61,428 nt of DNA, from contig NC_068989.1 of NCBI RefSeq assembly GCF_001194135.2, positions 37,015,305 through 37,076,732 on the forward strand, read 5' to 3'. The translations under genes were made by a program, and so were the position numbers. Below, piece by piece: positions 48,642 through 61,428 of this stretch. Every line of letters starts with the position of its first letter. Positions within the stretch are counted from its first letter, which is position 1. The notes beneath the pieces are model-generated. The model saw nothing but the letters and a program-made list of their open reading frames with translations, was not told where the DNA came from and ran no database searches. Origin of the DNA: Octopus bimaculoides. Taxonomy: Eukaryota.

Positions 48642-48849
48642 ATCTATGTTGTATGTGTATGTGTGCGGGTGCGCGTGCGAATACGTGTGCGCTAGTGCCT
48701 GTTGTATACGCATGTGTGTGAATGTGTTTAGGATGTATGTATGGGTGTGTGTGTGCGTATGTACATTCTCGCATTTGTGTGTGTGTAAACGCATGAGTGC
48801 GTGTGTGTTTGTCTGGAAGAAAATATGTGTGCGTGTGTTTTTATCTGGG

Positions 48850-48882
<33 letters not shown>

Positions 48883-49910
48883 GACATATACATGTATGCT
48901 TTTGGTATATATATCTATGCGGGTGTGTGAGATGTATGCTAGTGCAGTTGCAACAGCGTTGGTGCTGGGTGTTGGGCGGAATAAGTGTTGGAGTGAGGTT
49001 TTGTGGCATGGGGGATGTAAGAGAGAAGACATAGGTGTGTGTAAGTATCTGTGTCTGTGTGTATGTGTGTATACGTGTATAGTTGGGCATGTACATAGAT
49101 GTGTATGTGTGTGTGTTTGTGTGCGCACACCACGATTACGGTGGCAAATGTAGGTATTACAGGGTATGCATAAGGTTGTGGGGTTGGTCTGCAATCTGAG
49201 TAGGCATTCGTAGTCAGGAATCCTGTTCTTGGTCGTGGGGCAGTTAGTGTTGACGAGCAGCCAATGTTAAGGTGGTATATCTCGGTTGTCGGTTGCCAAT
49301 GGTTCTTATTGCTGCCATCAGAGGCACGCCCTTCTGGTGGACTTCAAACCACTGGCTGCCGATATGCAGCGACAGAAGGAAAATACAATCGTGTATGTGA
49401 GCAAGGTATCATGAGAGCAGAAGCAAAACGAACACACAAACACAAAATCTGGTTAAGATCAACGGACAAAACAGACTTGAAAATAGTGGGAAGGCACAAG
49501 AAAAATGCATAGAAACTAAGAGACTTATACTCAAAGACTTTCCAATCATGTTCCCTCTATCATTTTAGAAATAAGTCGGCAGCTATTTTATCCATTGTAA
49601 CCTCTCTTTGTGTTATTCGTTAAAGTGTGTTTGTAGGGTTATTTGGTTTCTGTTTCTGGCTTGCCAAATGACCATGTAAAGGTCTCCTTATTGGTTCATT
49701 GTTCGCTTTGTGAATGAATCTTGTATTTGTTCACATAAGCAACTTCGTTCTATGATCCCTGCCTGTTTCTCTTGCTCATAGTCTTTAGGGTAAATCAATT
49801 CTGTTCGTAGGTCGTTTAACAGTGAAATACATCGGGATTGTCTCTCATTAGTAATTCGACTATCTTATGGAAATGTTCATACATTTCGTTATAAAGATTT
49901 ATCATCATCC

Positions 49911-50027
<117 letters not shown>

Positions 50028-50870
50028 GGCGGCTACCAGGTAGAATCGCTAGCACGCTGGACATAATATTAGTGGCATTTCGTCCGTCTTTATGCACTGA
50101 GTTCAAATTCCGCCGACGTCGACTTTGCTTTTCATTTTTTGGGCTCGATAGAATAACTACCTGTTGAGCACTGGGGTCGATGTAAACGACTAACTTCCTC
50201 CTCCAGAATTTCAGGCTTTATGCCTACAATAGAAAGAGTTATTATTATTACGCGGTGACCAGGCAGGATTAACACGCCGCACAAAATGCTTAAAGACATT
50301 TCGTCTGTCTTTATGCCTGAGTTCAAATGCCACCGAGGTTTAACTCTGTCTTTCATTCCTTCCGGGTCGACAAAATAAGTACCACTTGAGCGCCGAGGGC
50401 GATGTACACTAGTTCCTCCCACAAAAATTTCGGTGGAAAGATAAAAAAAGATTATTATTGTTGTTGTTGTTAAAGTGGCGAGCTGTTAGAATGTTTAGCA
50501 CACCAGACAAAATGCTTAGCGATATTTCTCCAGGCTCTTTACGCTCTGATTTCAAATCATGCCAAGTATTTCGGATTCGATGGAATAAAGTATCAGTTAG
50601 GTACTAGGGTTGATAAAACTCTCTCCTCAAAATTGTTAATCTTGTGTCAAAATCTGAAATTAAAAGCGGCGCGCTGGAAGAATCGTTAGCACATCGGACA
50701 AAATGCTTAATGGCATTTTTTCCGGTTGTATACATTTTGAGTTCAAATACCGTTGAGGTAGTTTGCATTTCATCCTTTCGGAGCTGATAAAATAAATACC
50801 AGCAGAGCACTGGTACCAATGTTTTCTACTTACACATTCCTTCAAAATTGTTGACAACTTTCTTAGTTTA
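50028..50870 (+). mobile_element. Four head-to-tail SINE family A copies
   Basis: Heads at ~50028, 50250, 50473 and 50664, each with cg.tagcac...aaaatgctta...ga(g/t)ttcaaat...tcgataaaataag. Confidence 0.85.
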
Positions 50871-50919
50871 CTTGAGACCACCTTTCACGAAGATTAATAT
50901 TACATCCTCGACAGAAAAT

Positions 50920-51170
50920 GCTTTCCTGAATTCTCGCCATTCAACGCTCCACGTCTTACCTTTATGCATCATTGCAGCTCTTATATATGCTTCGTACATT
51001 CTTCCGTTTACATAAAGAAACACTTTGTTGCCATCACAAATAACAGCTTTTTGAACGTCTTCCTCCCTCTCTATACTCTACCAACTATTCTTTCACTATA
51101 GCCACAACTTCCTACACAAATTAGATCACAGAAGCAACAGAAAATGTTAACTACATTCAGTGTACTGACT
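50920..51170 (-). mobile_element. RTE-clade LINE RT fragment
   Basis: VVNIFCCFCDLI..GSCGYSERIVGRV*RG..TFKKLL...GRMYEAYIRAAMMH..KTW resembles the FCYLGD...GG.C..S...R...AW.KF.EL...C.R..MLHG.ETW pattern. Confidence 0.7.
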
Positions 51171-51383
51171 GATCTGTTTATGGAATTCATTTCGTAACAG
51201 CTTCTTCAGTTAATTAACTTGTACATCATTCACATCTGACGTCATGATTGTCAGTTACCACGCCAGAGATCCTACTGCTTCTTTTGTGTACACATCACAG
51301 TTTCTGAATGGACACTATCCACATCCTACCTATTTCCTTTCTCCATGTCAAGCCAAGTCGCATCTAATAAAACACTATTTGTA

Positions 51384-51452
<69 letters not shown>

Positions 51453-52269
51453 GTCTTTTAACCTTTCACTCTCTCACTCGCATTAATCATACGCGACATT
51501 GACTCTCGTCTATGTAACGTTGATTTTGAACTCGGGGACTAATGCTAATGTTGTTTTCATTGTAAGGATGTGGAATGAAAGGACACTAGAGAGTGAGATT
51601 AACTTCACCTGGGTGAATTATATCCTGTTATATAATATTTCTTGTTGCTAGTTTAGTTCCCAAATAAATGATGGGATCAGAAGCTATTCAACTGTGGTGA
51701 TAGTAAGTTATGATTCGAAGTAAATTTGACAGTTATTTCTAGCATGTCAGGTAAGTACACAAGGGCTCTTTAGATCATAATGGTTGGATGCTGTTGTTTT
51801 TGTTTAGCTCCAGATCCGTTTTGAGTGAGCAAACCTATGACCAAACCTATTCCAGCGGACACCATCCCATCTTTTTTTCTTTATACATTAGGACTACGTC
51901 TGGTAATGTGTTCTTCAGTTTTAAAGAATGTAGGGTGTAGCTTGAGAGAGTTTGGTTGATATTTTGACTAAGTCGTGCATCAATGTGGATATTCTTTTGA
52001 AGTGATTTGTGCAGTTAACTGGCTCAAAACATCGAACGCTTGTAACGAAGAATGTTTTGATTGATCATACTGAGTGTGACAAAAAATACTCCTCTTATTC
52101 ATCGTTCTTGATAAACGTTCCAACGTGCATCAGTTCAAAACATGATGGTGACTAAAATAAGTGATAAAACATTAGCTACATGAAGATATCCTTTTCACCT
52201 GCCTAGAGTCGCATCAATAATGGCATAAAAATATCGGAAATTCTTTTGTCATACTTTTACCTAACTGAC

Positions 52270-52700
52270 AGCGCTATTTTCTCTTGGCTCTTTACGTTCT
52301 GAGTTCAAATCACGTTGACGTAAAACATATATAATTATTTGTGGGTTAACCAGGCTACCATTGGTTTCATGTTAAAGGAGGTGTATTTCTTAACAATTAT
52401 CAAGCCAATTGCTTGAGACGTTGGTGATTCATACTTTTGGGATCGATAAAATAAAATAATAGTCATGAACTGGGATCGATATAATCGACTAATTCCATAC
52501 TGCTCTTGTTCCAAAATTTGAAAGTATTATGTTGCATTATACTGGAAATGTTCTTATATTGTATTTCGGCAAGAAGGCGAGCTAGCAGAATCGTTAGAAC
52601 TTTCGAAAAAATTGTAGTATTACTTCTGGCTCTTTACATTCTGAGTTCACAGAAGTCTCCTTTTCCTTTCATTTTTTTTGGGATCGATAAATACTAGTCA
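52270..52700 (+). mobile_element. Two degenerate SINE family A copies, the first interrupted by an 89-bp insert
   Basis: tctttacgttctgagttcaaat...[insert]...gggatcgataaaataa, and a second head at ~52570. Confidence 0.7.
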
Positions 52701-52844
52701 AGTATTGGGGGTAAATTCCAAGATGGAAACAACACCAACAGCCCATGCAATAATCTTGATAATTGTTAAGAGATATACCTCTCTTAGCATGAAACCAGTC
52801 GCAGCCTGGTGAACCCACAAATAAAGTATATATATATATGTATA

Positions 52845-52886
<42 letters not shown>

Positions 52887-52890
52887 CATT

Positions 52891-54015
52891 AATTTCATTT
52901 CACTTCTCAGAACTCTTGATTTCACTTGCTCTGGCAAATTCTGTAAGCGCGGTCCTGTTGCCAAGTATCTTATAGGGTCTCTTCCAACGATACTTAACGT
53001 TTAAGTACCAATCTTAAAATCCTGCTGTCCCAAATAGAACAGTTTTCTGAGAATATTCTACCCTCATGTCAATCTCAATTTCTTCAACTAATTTCAAAAA
53101 TTGGCAGTTAACGGTCCCAGGGATTCAACAACTACTAGGATGACAGTTACCTTCTTCATTGCCCACATTCGCGCAATCTCACCTTTTAGTGGCTTGTACT
53201 TTTCAATCTTTTCTAGTTCTTTGTTATTCACTTATACATCCCCAAGTATGGCAATGTCTATGATCTTGGTTTCCGTCATCATTTTGTCAACTACAACAGA
53301 GTCTGGTCTCCGAGTATCAATTACAGATTGTAAAATTTCACAAATATACTCATTATTCTCGGTGCCATTATTCTGGTTTATGCGCATACCATTTCAATGT
53401 CCTTTCAAGGCCGTACTTCTAACATAATCTCCAATGGACATACCTAGCTACGTTATCATGCTTCCTTTTGTATCCTTTTTGAACCAGTTTGCTACACTCA
53501 GTCACAATATATTTTGTTTTTGCTGTCACACATCCTACAAAGGGGCGATTCATTGCTCTTATCTATTTGGAACTTGGACTAATTAGTTTTCAGAACTTGA
53601 TCCTCGGCGCTGGATATCAACGTCTCAGTGCATCAGCTGTTGGTCATGTCTTCCTCTTTCATTTCTCTGAAGCATTGCCCATGTATCGCTTTCATTTTCC
53701 AGTTGTTCAACCTCTTGTTTCTTAAATGTTGTTGCGGGTGTCACATCTTTATTAGGTATCGTGTTGCTGTTTCTCACAAGCAACAATCAAAGGTTCAATC
53801 TGTTGGCAATTCAGATCTTGTAGCTTAAGCCTATGAGACCTCTTCCTCTCTTGTTTCTAGGCACATACAACCTTTTGATATCGCTTTTTTTGGGTGCAGT
53901 TCCTTGTTAATTGTCACTACTTACTAGGTTTTTCTATCAATTTCCTCAAGTATGTTCTTTGTCCATCTAAGAACACCTGCGCCATATCGCATTAAGGAGA
54001 CAGCTCACATATCCA
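52891..54015 (-). mobile_element. Dong/R4 copy F, 5'-truncated, with (TAA)n tail at 52846-52890
   Basis: AVSLMRYGAG...EIDRKT...RLYVPRNKRGRGLI...PLCRMC...KRKHDNVARYVHW..C..YGL...RRPD...IIDIAI...EKIEKYKPLK.EI..MW...QKTVLFGTA (RT end, CCHC knuckle, REL). Confidence 0.9.
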
Positions 54016-54734
54016 TTGACCTGATCTCGTATGTATTCATCATCATCATCATCATCATCTGATGTGTATTTATATGCCATATAGAGGCCGCTCTATTATT
54101 AATATTTCAATATCAGTCTTCAGTTAACTTTATTAATGTTTTTCCCACTCTGTGTGCGTGTGTTTGTCTGTTATTCTTCCATGTGTATGTAGACGTGTTT
54201 AGATCATAATTTCCGTTCTATTTCAATGTTATTTTTTCTCAATCATGCTTTCTCTTTTTTCTCTCTTCTTCTCTTTCTGTCTCCTCTGAATGTATTTCTC
54301 CTTATCTGCGATAGTTTCATGTTTCACTCTTTCCCTCTCAAAGTTAATGTACTTTTCTTTATGTGTATCATTTTAATCTTTTCCCCACTCTCTCTAAATG
54401 TGCATGCTCTCAACGTGTGCACGCATGTGTATACCTGTTTTCAGCGCCAAAATATTCGTCGCCAAATTGCCAACGTCCAAACGGTTGCTCCCAATTGTCC
54501 ATTCCAGTATGTAAGTGTACATTGCTAGGTTACTGAAGAAATTCTTCTGATTTTTTTCACTTCATGAAGCGGTTTACGGCAGCGGCATAATCTACAACAA
54601 CAACGAACATTAAAAAGGAATGTTTCAGTATCATTCTACCTCTGATTTCAATGGCAAATAATGATCAGAAGTTATTAACTCTTACAACATAATGCCTTAC
54701 AAATATATAACTATCAGGAAACATAAAAATTTTC

Positions 54735-54781
<47 letters not shown>

Positions 54782-55069
54782 ACTCTCACACACACTCTCT
54801 GTATACTGTATACTCTATATTGTTAACCATTGTGGTTCCATTGCTCTCCCATTTCACCTATCCAGTGTATAGCATGATATATATTTTTACTGTATGCTCA
54901 ATATATATTCCAAGGTTCGACTTCTACGCTTCAGAATCGCCCGAAGATCGGCAACGAGAAACTTGGAATTAAATTCCATTAGATTATATTACTCTACTCT
55001 CAGAATTGAGTACACTGTTTTCATTTACCCCCCCCCCCCAATATATAGTTTATATACATGTATGCATAT

Positions 55070-55450
55070 GTACACTCATATATATACATATACATACATA
55101 CATACATATACATAGACACATACACGTACATACAAACCAACGAATATATATCTATATCTCAATATGCACAAGTGTGTATGTATATATATTTATATGTATG
55201 TACATACGTATGTATGTATGTTTGTATGTATGTATATATATGTATGTATGTATATATATATGTATGTATGTATGCATGTATGTATATATATATATATATA
55301 TATATTATACATATATATATATAGTTACATACATATGTGTACACAAACATACACAGACGTGCAAGCACAGACACATATATACACACATACACGTACACAA
55401 AAATACACATACTTAGAAACACATACACACATATATACATATATACATTA
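55070..55450. repeat. (TA/CA/TATG)n low-complexity block
   Basis: Read directly. Confidence 0.95.
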
Positions 55451-56206
55451 AAATCCTATAAAACCCTTGCCTTAGGGTCAAAACAGAAGCACCTTAATCA
55501 CATATGAGATGTAGAAAAGTTTATTAATAAAATCTCACAGCTCCATAGAAAGAGCATTCCTAATATGAACCGTTAGCAATAATCTTGTTTTCATATCAAT
55601 GGTATCTGCAATTCTTGTTTTGTCACAAGCCAAGTGAAATAAATTGCACAATACGAAGTAATTGAAATTTCTGCTTCTCAAGTTTACTGGAAATTTAGCT
55701 AATCAATATGTCTCATAGTGTGGGCCTACTGTAAAAGAAAGAAAGAACAAGAAGAATGTGATTTATTGCGTGAGTTAAAGGAGAAGTTGAAAAACGGAAT
55801 GAGTTCAAGTTAAACGAGAAAGCAATTGACTATATCTCTAGACATTTCATAGTGTATGCAGCAGTGATTAGCACACTGATATGGACATATGATGGCAATA
55901 AATGAGGATTTAGTACAGGGCTGACTAATCAAATATTTGAGATCAATCGTAGATCCAGCATATATTTTGTGTATTAGTCTGGAACGGCATGGTTGTGACA
56001 CAGTACTGTTGTTGTTAAGTGGATTGAGTTTTGTTATTGTAGTTTGAGACAACAACGCCATATCAAGGTGTTGTTCGAGTGAGGTACAGTATAAAATTTG
56101 ACCACGTTGCAAACACGTGACCGGCCAGATTGTCTTTGCATTATTCATTTTTATAACTTTAACATCTCGCTTGTTGTTGTAGCTAAGTTAGTGTTAACAT
56201 ATTTAA

Positions 56207-56410
56207 CCCTCTAGTTACCATATTTCTATTGAAATACACTGTATTTCCTTTAATTAATTTTGAAAATAATAAAGAATTTAGGAAAATAATTTTGTCATTA
56301 TAAAGCTAGTATTTGGAACATAAATTAACGTGAAATTTTGTTGGAAAGTTTTGAAGGAAGTTTGTATCTCAAAACCAGGGGCGGTCTCAAGCTGATTGGT
56401 GTAAAAAGGG
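56207..56410. mobile_element. Possible piggyBac-like MITE
   Basis: TTAA|CCCT at the left end and AAGGG at the right end. The right TTAA is absent and the TIR match is partial. Confidence 0.4.
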
Positions 56411-56508
56411 CAGAGATAATTAAAAAGCTAATATGGTGACACTAACAATGTTCGTAGGTAAATCAGTTTTAATATATTTAATGCTCCCGCAAGCAATGAA
56501 GTCCTAAA

Positions 56509-56830
56509 CTGAGGTACAAAGACACTCTGAAAAATAACCTTAAAAGGAGTGGCATTGGACCACGTGAACTTGAATCCTCTGACACAGACAGATCAGCATG
56601 GCGGTCTCTCACTTCACGAGCAGCAGCTGCCTTCGAAGAGGACCGGTGACAGCTTCTCGATACTGCAAGAGAAAGACGTCATAGGACAGCATCCACCTCA
56701 ATCTAGTCAACCGACTATCACTATGACATCTGTGAGCACTTGTGTGCATCCTGCTCTGGACTATGGAGTCACATGTGCTCTCATTGCAGTGAACACAGGT
56801 TTGTCGCTATCGGACACCGATGGATTACCT
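56509..56830 (+). mobile_element. RTE-BovB-like LINE 3' end
   Basis: LRYKDTLKNNLKRSGI...DRSAWRSL...FEEDR...ARERR...DICEHLCAS.SGLWSHM..H (terminal C2H2-like motif), then a short 3' end ...gatggattacc. Confidence 0.85.
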
Positions 56831-57420
56831 ACCATATTTAATGCAAGGACAATTAAAAAGTTATCTAGAAATAATTACGCGTTGATGCAAACAATATTAG
56901 TCAATCACTAAATTTGTTATAATTAATAATCGCCAAATGTGGACATGTATTTGTCTTTCTGTGAACTCGTCAACAAATATGTATACCAAAATCCTATTTC
57001 CCTTGAATAAAGATTCTGTTATAGAGACAGCTAATCAAATTCGTGAAAGCAAATCCCGAGTTCAGTACTCAAATCATGCCAGCTTTAATCTAATCTGGAA
57101 TCATATTATAAGATTGTTCATTCACAGAAAAGATATTAGTAATATAATAAATCAATGACACTTTGTAATATTGCCTAAGATGCAATACGTATCGAGTAAA
57201 CAATCAAATTTAATATCCCTTTTCAGAGGTGGTTTGACTACTGTTGAACTGTTAAAGTGGCTTAATACCTGGTTGAATCCTCTAGTAATAGTCTATGACA
57301 TATGTGGAATATTGTCCCTATTTAAGACGGTCTACTATATGTTTTAGCAATCCGTGCTAAATTCATATAATTTAAGTATGTGTTACTGGCATGTACATGC
57401 ACATGTAGTGGATACTGAGG

Positions 57421-57459
<39 letters not shown>

Positions 57460-58062
57460 GTATAAAAGATAAAAAAGAGTGAAAAAACTACAGAAGGCTT
57501 GTGTTATATGGTTAAAGTATATATTTAAATCGTTGTTAGAAAAATGTTATAGAATTTTGAGTGTAGAAACATTGTTTCTGGAGAAATAACTGGTTTCGTA
57601 TTTTCTTTTCAAATTTTTCTACCTGTATCGTAACATGTCTTCGCTATGGTGCAAAATATAGAGTTCTAGATAGGGGAAGGTAATCAAGGATTTTTTTCGG
57701 TATAAGGGAGATAATCAAAACACCCGTAACTTATACAGTTACGATACTCAGACCTGATTCAATGATAGCTAAAACTAACTACTTCCTGAATGTAACTCTA
57801 GCAACCATCCACTCTGTAGCTGATGTGTCAAATTCTATTTATTTTATATAATTTTACATAACTTGTATAATACAGCATTGTAGGTTTCAAGTTTGCAACT
57901 GGTTCGCTATATTTATAATGACGACAATGAGAAGGTTCTGTCTAACTCGATGCAAATCATCATCTTCACGGCAACGTATTCGTACGACGTTTCTTTTATC
58001 ATTGGTTTTCTTTCTCGCCTTGTTTGCATATCTTGAAAATATACATCGGTGAAAGATATACA

Positions 58063-58114
<52 letters not shown>

Positions 58115-58363
58115 TGCACACGCACGCACACGTACACATGATCACTATCATAATTATCGTGGAATTTATGGTATGTTTTTCTATGCTAGTATGTGTTGGA
58201 TGAGACTATGTGACAGTATTCTGGTCCTGCATGCCCTTCCTGAAGTCAATCCTTGCTTTCAGTTAAGGTTGTTTATTTCCCTGTCTTTTGCACGTCGAAC
58301 CACCGATTTGAAAAGCATGTAATTTATGAGGGAAATAAATAGTAGCTCTAACACTCAGACGTC

Positions 58364-58550
58364 ACTTCATCTGTGGCTGTAACACATGTGGTAGTGACAC
58401 TCAACCTGTAGCTATAACACACGTGATGGTCAGACTTGATCTGTAGCTGTAACATGCATCGTAGTCACACTTCATCTGTAACTGTAATAGATGTGGTGAA
58501 ACTACATATTGCGGTTTAACACACGTGGTAGTGAAGCTGTAACACATATA
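58364..58550. repeat. 35-bp minisatellite (~5 units)
   Basis: Units start at 58364, 58399, 58434, 58469 and 58501; consensus acttcatctgtagctgtaacacatgtggtagtcac. Confidence 0.9.
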
Positions 58551-59429
58551 GCGTAATAAGCTCTGCATAAAGGTGCAACACTTTGTAGTAACAATTCATA
58601 TATGACGTGCTTGTGACGCTACATACTTATATATATATATATATATNNNNNNNNNNNNNNNNNNNNNNNNNNNNNNNNNNNNNNNNNNNNNNNNNNNNNN
58701 NNNNNNNNNNNNNNNNNNNNNNNNNNNNNNNNNNNNNNNNNNNNNNNNNNNNNNNNNNNNNNNNNNNNNNNNNNNNNNNNNNNNNNNNNNNNNNNNNNNN
58801 NNNNNNNNNNNNNNNNNNNNNNNNNNNNNNNNNNNNNNNNNNNNNNNNNNNNNNNNNNNNNNNNNNNNNNNNNNNNNNNNNNNNNNNNNNNNNNNNNNNN
58901 NNNNNNNNNNNNNNNNNNNNNNNNNNNNNNNNNNNNNNNNNNNNNNNNNNNNNNNNNNNNNNNNNNNNNNNNNNNNNNNNNNNNNNNNNNNNNNNNNNNN
59001 NNNNNNNNNNNNNNNNNNNNNNNNNNNNNNNNNNNNNNNNNNNNNNNNNNNNNNNNNNNNNNNNNNNNNNNNNNNNNNNNNNNNNNNNNNNNNNNNNNNN
59101 NNNNNNNNNNNNNNNNNNNNNNNNNNNNNNNNNNNNNNNNNNNNNNNNNNNNNNNNNNNNNNNNNNNNNNNNNNNNNNNNNNNNNNNNNNNNNNNNNNNN
59201 NNNNNNNNNNNNNNNNNNNNNNNNNNNNNNNNNNNNNNNNNNNNNNNNNAGAGAGAGAGAGAGAGAGAGAGAGAGACTTTGTAGTGTTCAAAATATTCAA
59301 ACTTAGACTCCGAAACTAATATATTTAATATATTCAATATATTTTATGTATCTAATTTGTTTATCTCTACAAATATATGCATGTATATCCATCTTTACAG
59401 TATTTTCTCAGTCCTCTATTCATGAGAGA

Positions 59430-59830
59430 GTCGTGATGGTAGAGTCCTCAGGCACAAAATTCATAGGCCCTTTCAGAAGCACCCGTCATTACAATTTTCT
59501 ACTAGATTCCTAAGCGCGAGCAGCTGAGACTATGGATATTATCCAACTTTTTCGTTCTTGGTCTACCTTTAGGTCTCCTGCTGCTTGGCACGGCTTGAAG
59601 AGTCCGTCTTACGTTTCTTTCAGAGCGAAATGCTAATCGCATGTTCATAGTACAGGAACTGTGACTTCTCGATAAAGAGAAGTAACAGCTCGAGATGGTG
59701 AGACTACCTGATCCGCAAGATCTGTCAAGTAATGTTACTCCAAAGATCCATTAAAGCGAACCCTATTCCTCCATTTCAGCAGCTTGTATTCGTAATCGCA
59801 GTCTTTCAATCATTACCCAAAATTCATGTC
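59430..59830 (-). mobile_element. RTE-clade (Rex3/Expander-like) LINE 3' fragment
   Basis: SRRPKGRPRT followed by W.DNIHSLSCSRLGI, the GRPR...RLGI terminus. Confidence 0.6.
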
Positions 59831-60919
59831 AATAGGCAAGGATAGGTAGATGGGTAGACACACACACACACAGACACACACACAACACACATACACGCAC
59901 ACACAGACATACGCGCGCGCACACACATACATATGTATGTATGGATGTATCTATATGTATAATACACACTTATTCTTATCTATGTACATGAATATATATN
60001 NNNNNNNNNNNNNNNNNNNNNNNNNNNNNNNNNNNNNNNNNNNNNNNNNNNNNNNNNNNNNNNNNNNNNNNNNNNNNNNNNNNNNNNNNNNNNNNNNNNN
60101 NNNNNNNNNNNNNNNNNNNNNNNNNNNNNNNNNNNNNNNNNNNNNNNNNNNNNNNNNNNNNNNNNNNNNNNNNNNNNNNNNNNNNNNNNNNNNNNNNNNN
60201 NNNNNNNNNNNNNNNNNNNNNNNNNNNNNNNNNNNNNNNNNNNNNNNNNNNNNNNNNNNNNNNNNNNNNNNNNNNNNNNNNNNNNNNNNNNNNNNNNNNN
60301 NNNNNNNNNNNNNNNNNNNNNNNNNNNNNNNNNNNNNNNNNNNNNNNNNNNNNNNNNNNNNNNNNNNNNNNNNNNNNNNNNNNNNNNNNNNNNNNNNNNN
60401 NNNNNNNNNNNNNNNNNNNNNNNNNNNNNNNNNNNNNNNNNNNNNNNNNNNNNNNNNNNNNNNNNNNNNNNNNNNNNNNNNNNNNNNNNNNNNNNNNNNN
60501 NNNNNNNNNNNNNNNNNNNNNNNNNNNNNNNNNNNNNNNNNNNNNNNNNNNNNNNNNNNNNNNNNNNNNNNNNNNNNNNNNNNNNNNNNNNNNNNNNNNN
60601 NNNNNNNNNNNNNNNNNNNNNNNNNNNNNNNNNNNNNNNNNNNNNNNNNNNNNNNNNNNNNNNNNNNNNNNNNNNNNNNNNNNNNNNNNNNNNNNNNNNN
60701 NNNNNNNNNNNNNNNNNNNNNNNNNNNNNNNNNNNNNNATATAAGAATTTAAGGATTGGAGAAAACGCATGTTATAATTGCATACTTTATTCCTACATAT
60801 GTTTCAAAGGATTACAACCTGTGTGATCCATAGGGATCTTTGATATTAAAATTGTAACCTTCACATCAGGGAAAGCATGGGAATCATCTTAAACGTACGA
60901 CAGTATGACCGATTTGGAT

Positions 60920-60998
60920 GAGTGTATCTGTATGTATGTATGTATACATGTATACCTCTGTGTGTGTGTGTGTGTGGGGGTGTATGTATGTTTGTAAG

Positions 60999-61031
<33 letters not shown>

Positions 61032-61428
61032 ATATGTGTACAAATCTACGTATATGTTAGCATGTATAATTGTGTATGTATTTGTATAAAACCATATATA
61101 TATAAGTTATTAAGTTCTGTATGTAAGTGCATATTTCTATATGTATGTGTGTGTATGTATATGTATGTACACATGTGTGTATGTGTATATATGTGTATGT
61201 GTGTGTGTGTGTGTGTGTGTACAAAAAAAATATATGTATGTATATGTATGTGTGTGTATATGTATACATGCACACACACACACATATGAATATGTGGATG
61301 TATGTATATGGGTGTGTGTGTGTATGTATATATAAAACACTTGAGTTATTTTTCTTTTATATATACACAAATATATATGTATATATATGTATATATGTAT
61401 ATGTATATGTATTTATATGTATGTATGT
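60920..61428. repeat. (TG/TA)n low-complexity block to window end
   Basis: Read directly. Confidence 0.95.

Noticed and set aside
49330-49600. Possible GIY-YIG relic (ENTIVYVSKV...QRLSNH...FRNK)
   Set aside because: The YIG motif is missing and several frameshifts are needed, so it is not supportable without a profile search.
53101-53725. Plus-strand ORFs of 108 and 78 aa
   Set aside because: They are antisense shadows of the Dong REL region.
55810-56148. 112-aa minus-strand ORF
   Set aside because: No recognisable domain, no convincing splice sites and no second copy.

Overview
This is eukaryotic, very AT-rich, microsatellite-saturated genomic DNA with 12 N-gaps totalling about 5.3 kb, most abutting simple repeats. 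The SINE families and the repeat landscape point to an octopus (coleoid) draft assembly; this is inferred from recalled repeat families, not from a search. I cannot confidently identify any host protein-coding gene, only a few weak candidate exons. Most long ORFs in the track are artefacts of N-runs or microsatellites. The window is mostly transposon remnants: (1) a head-to-tail stack of Dong/R4-clade non-LTR retrotransposon fragments, each bounded by (TAA)n tracts (1-2995), plus a solitary copy at 52.9-54.0 kb; (2) a decayed but full-architecture Penelope-like element (RT + GIY-YIG) flanked by pseudo-LTR-like direct repeats, plus several PLE endonuclease fragments; (3) minimal hammerhead-ribozyme-like motifs, best at 19124-19160; (4) a 2.7-kb hAT transposon with TIRs and a perfect 8-bp TSD; (5) Tc1/mariner fragments, including a palindromic two-left-end element; (6) several MITE or fold-back elements; (7) three RTE-clade LINE fragments and many tRNA-derived SINEs; (8) two unrelated 35-bp minisatellites. 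There is no CRISPR array, rRNA gene or bona fide tRNA gene. Boundaries of decayed elements are approximate.
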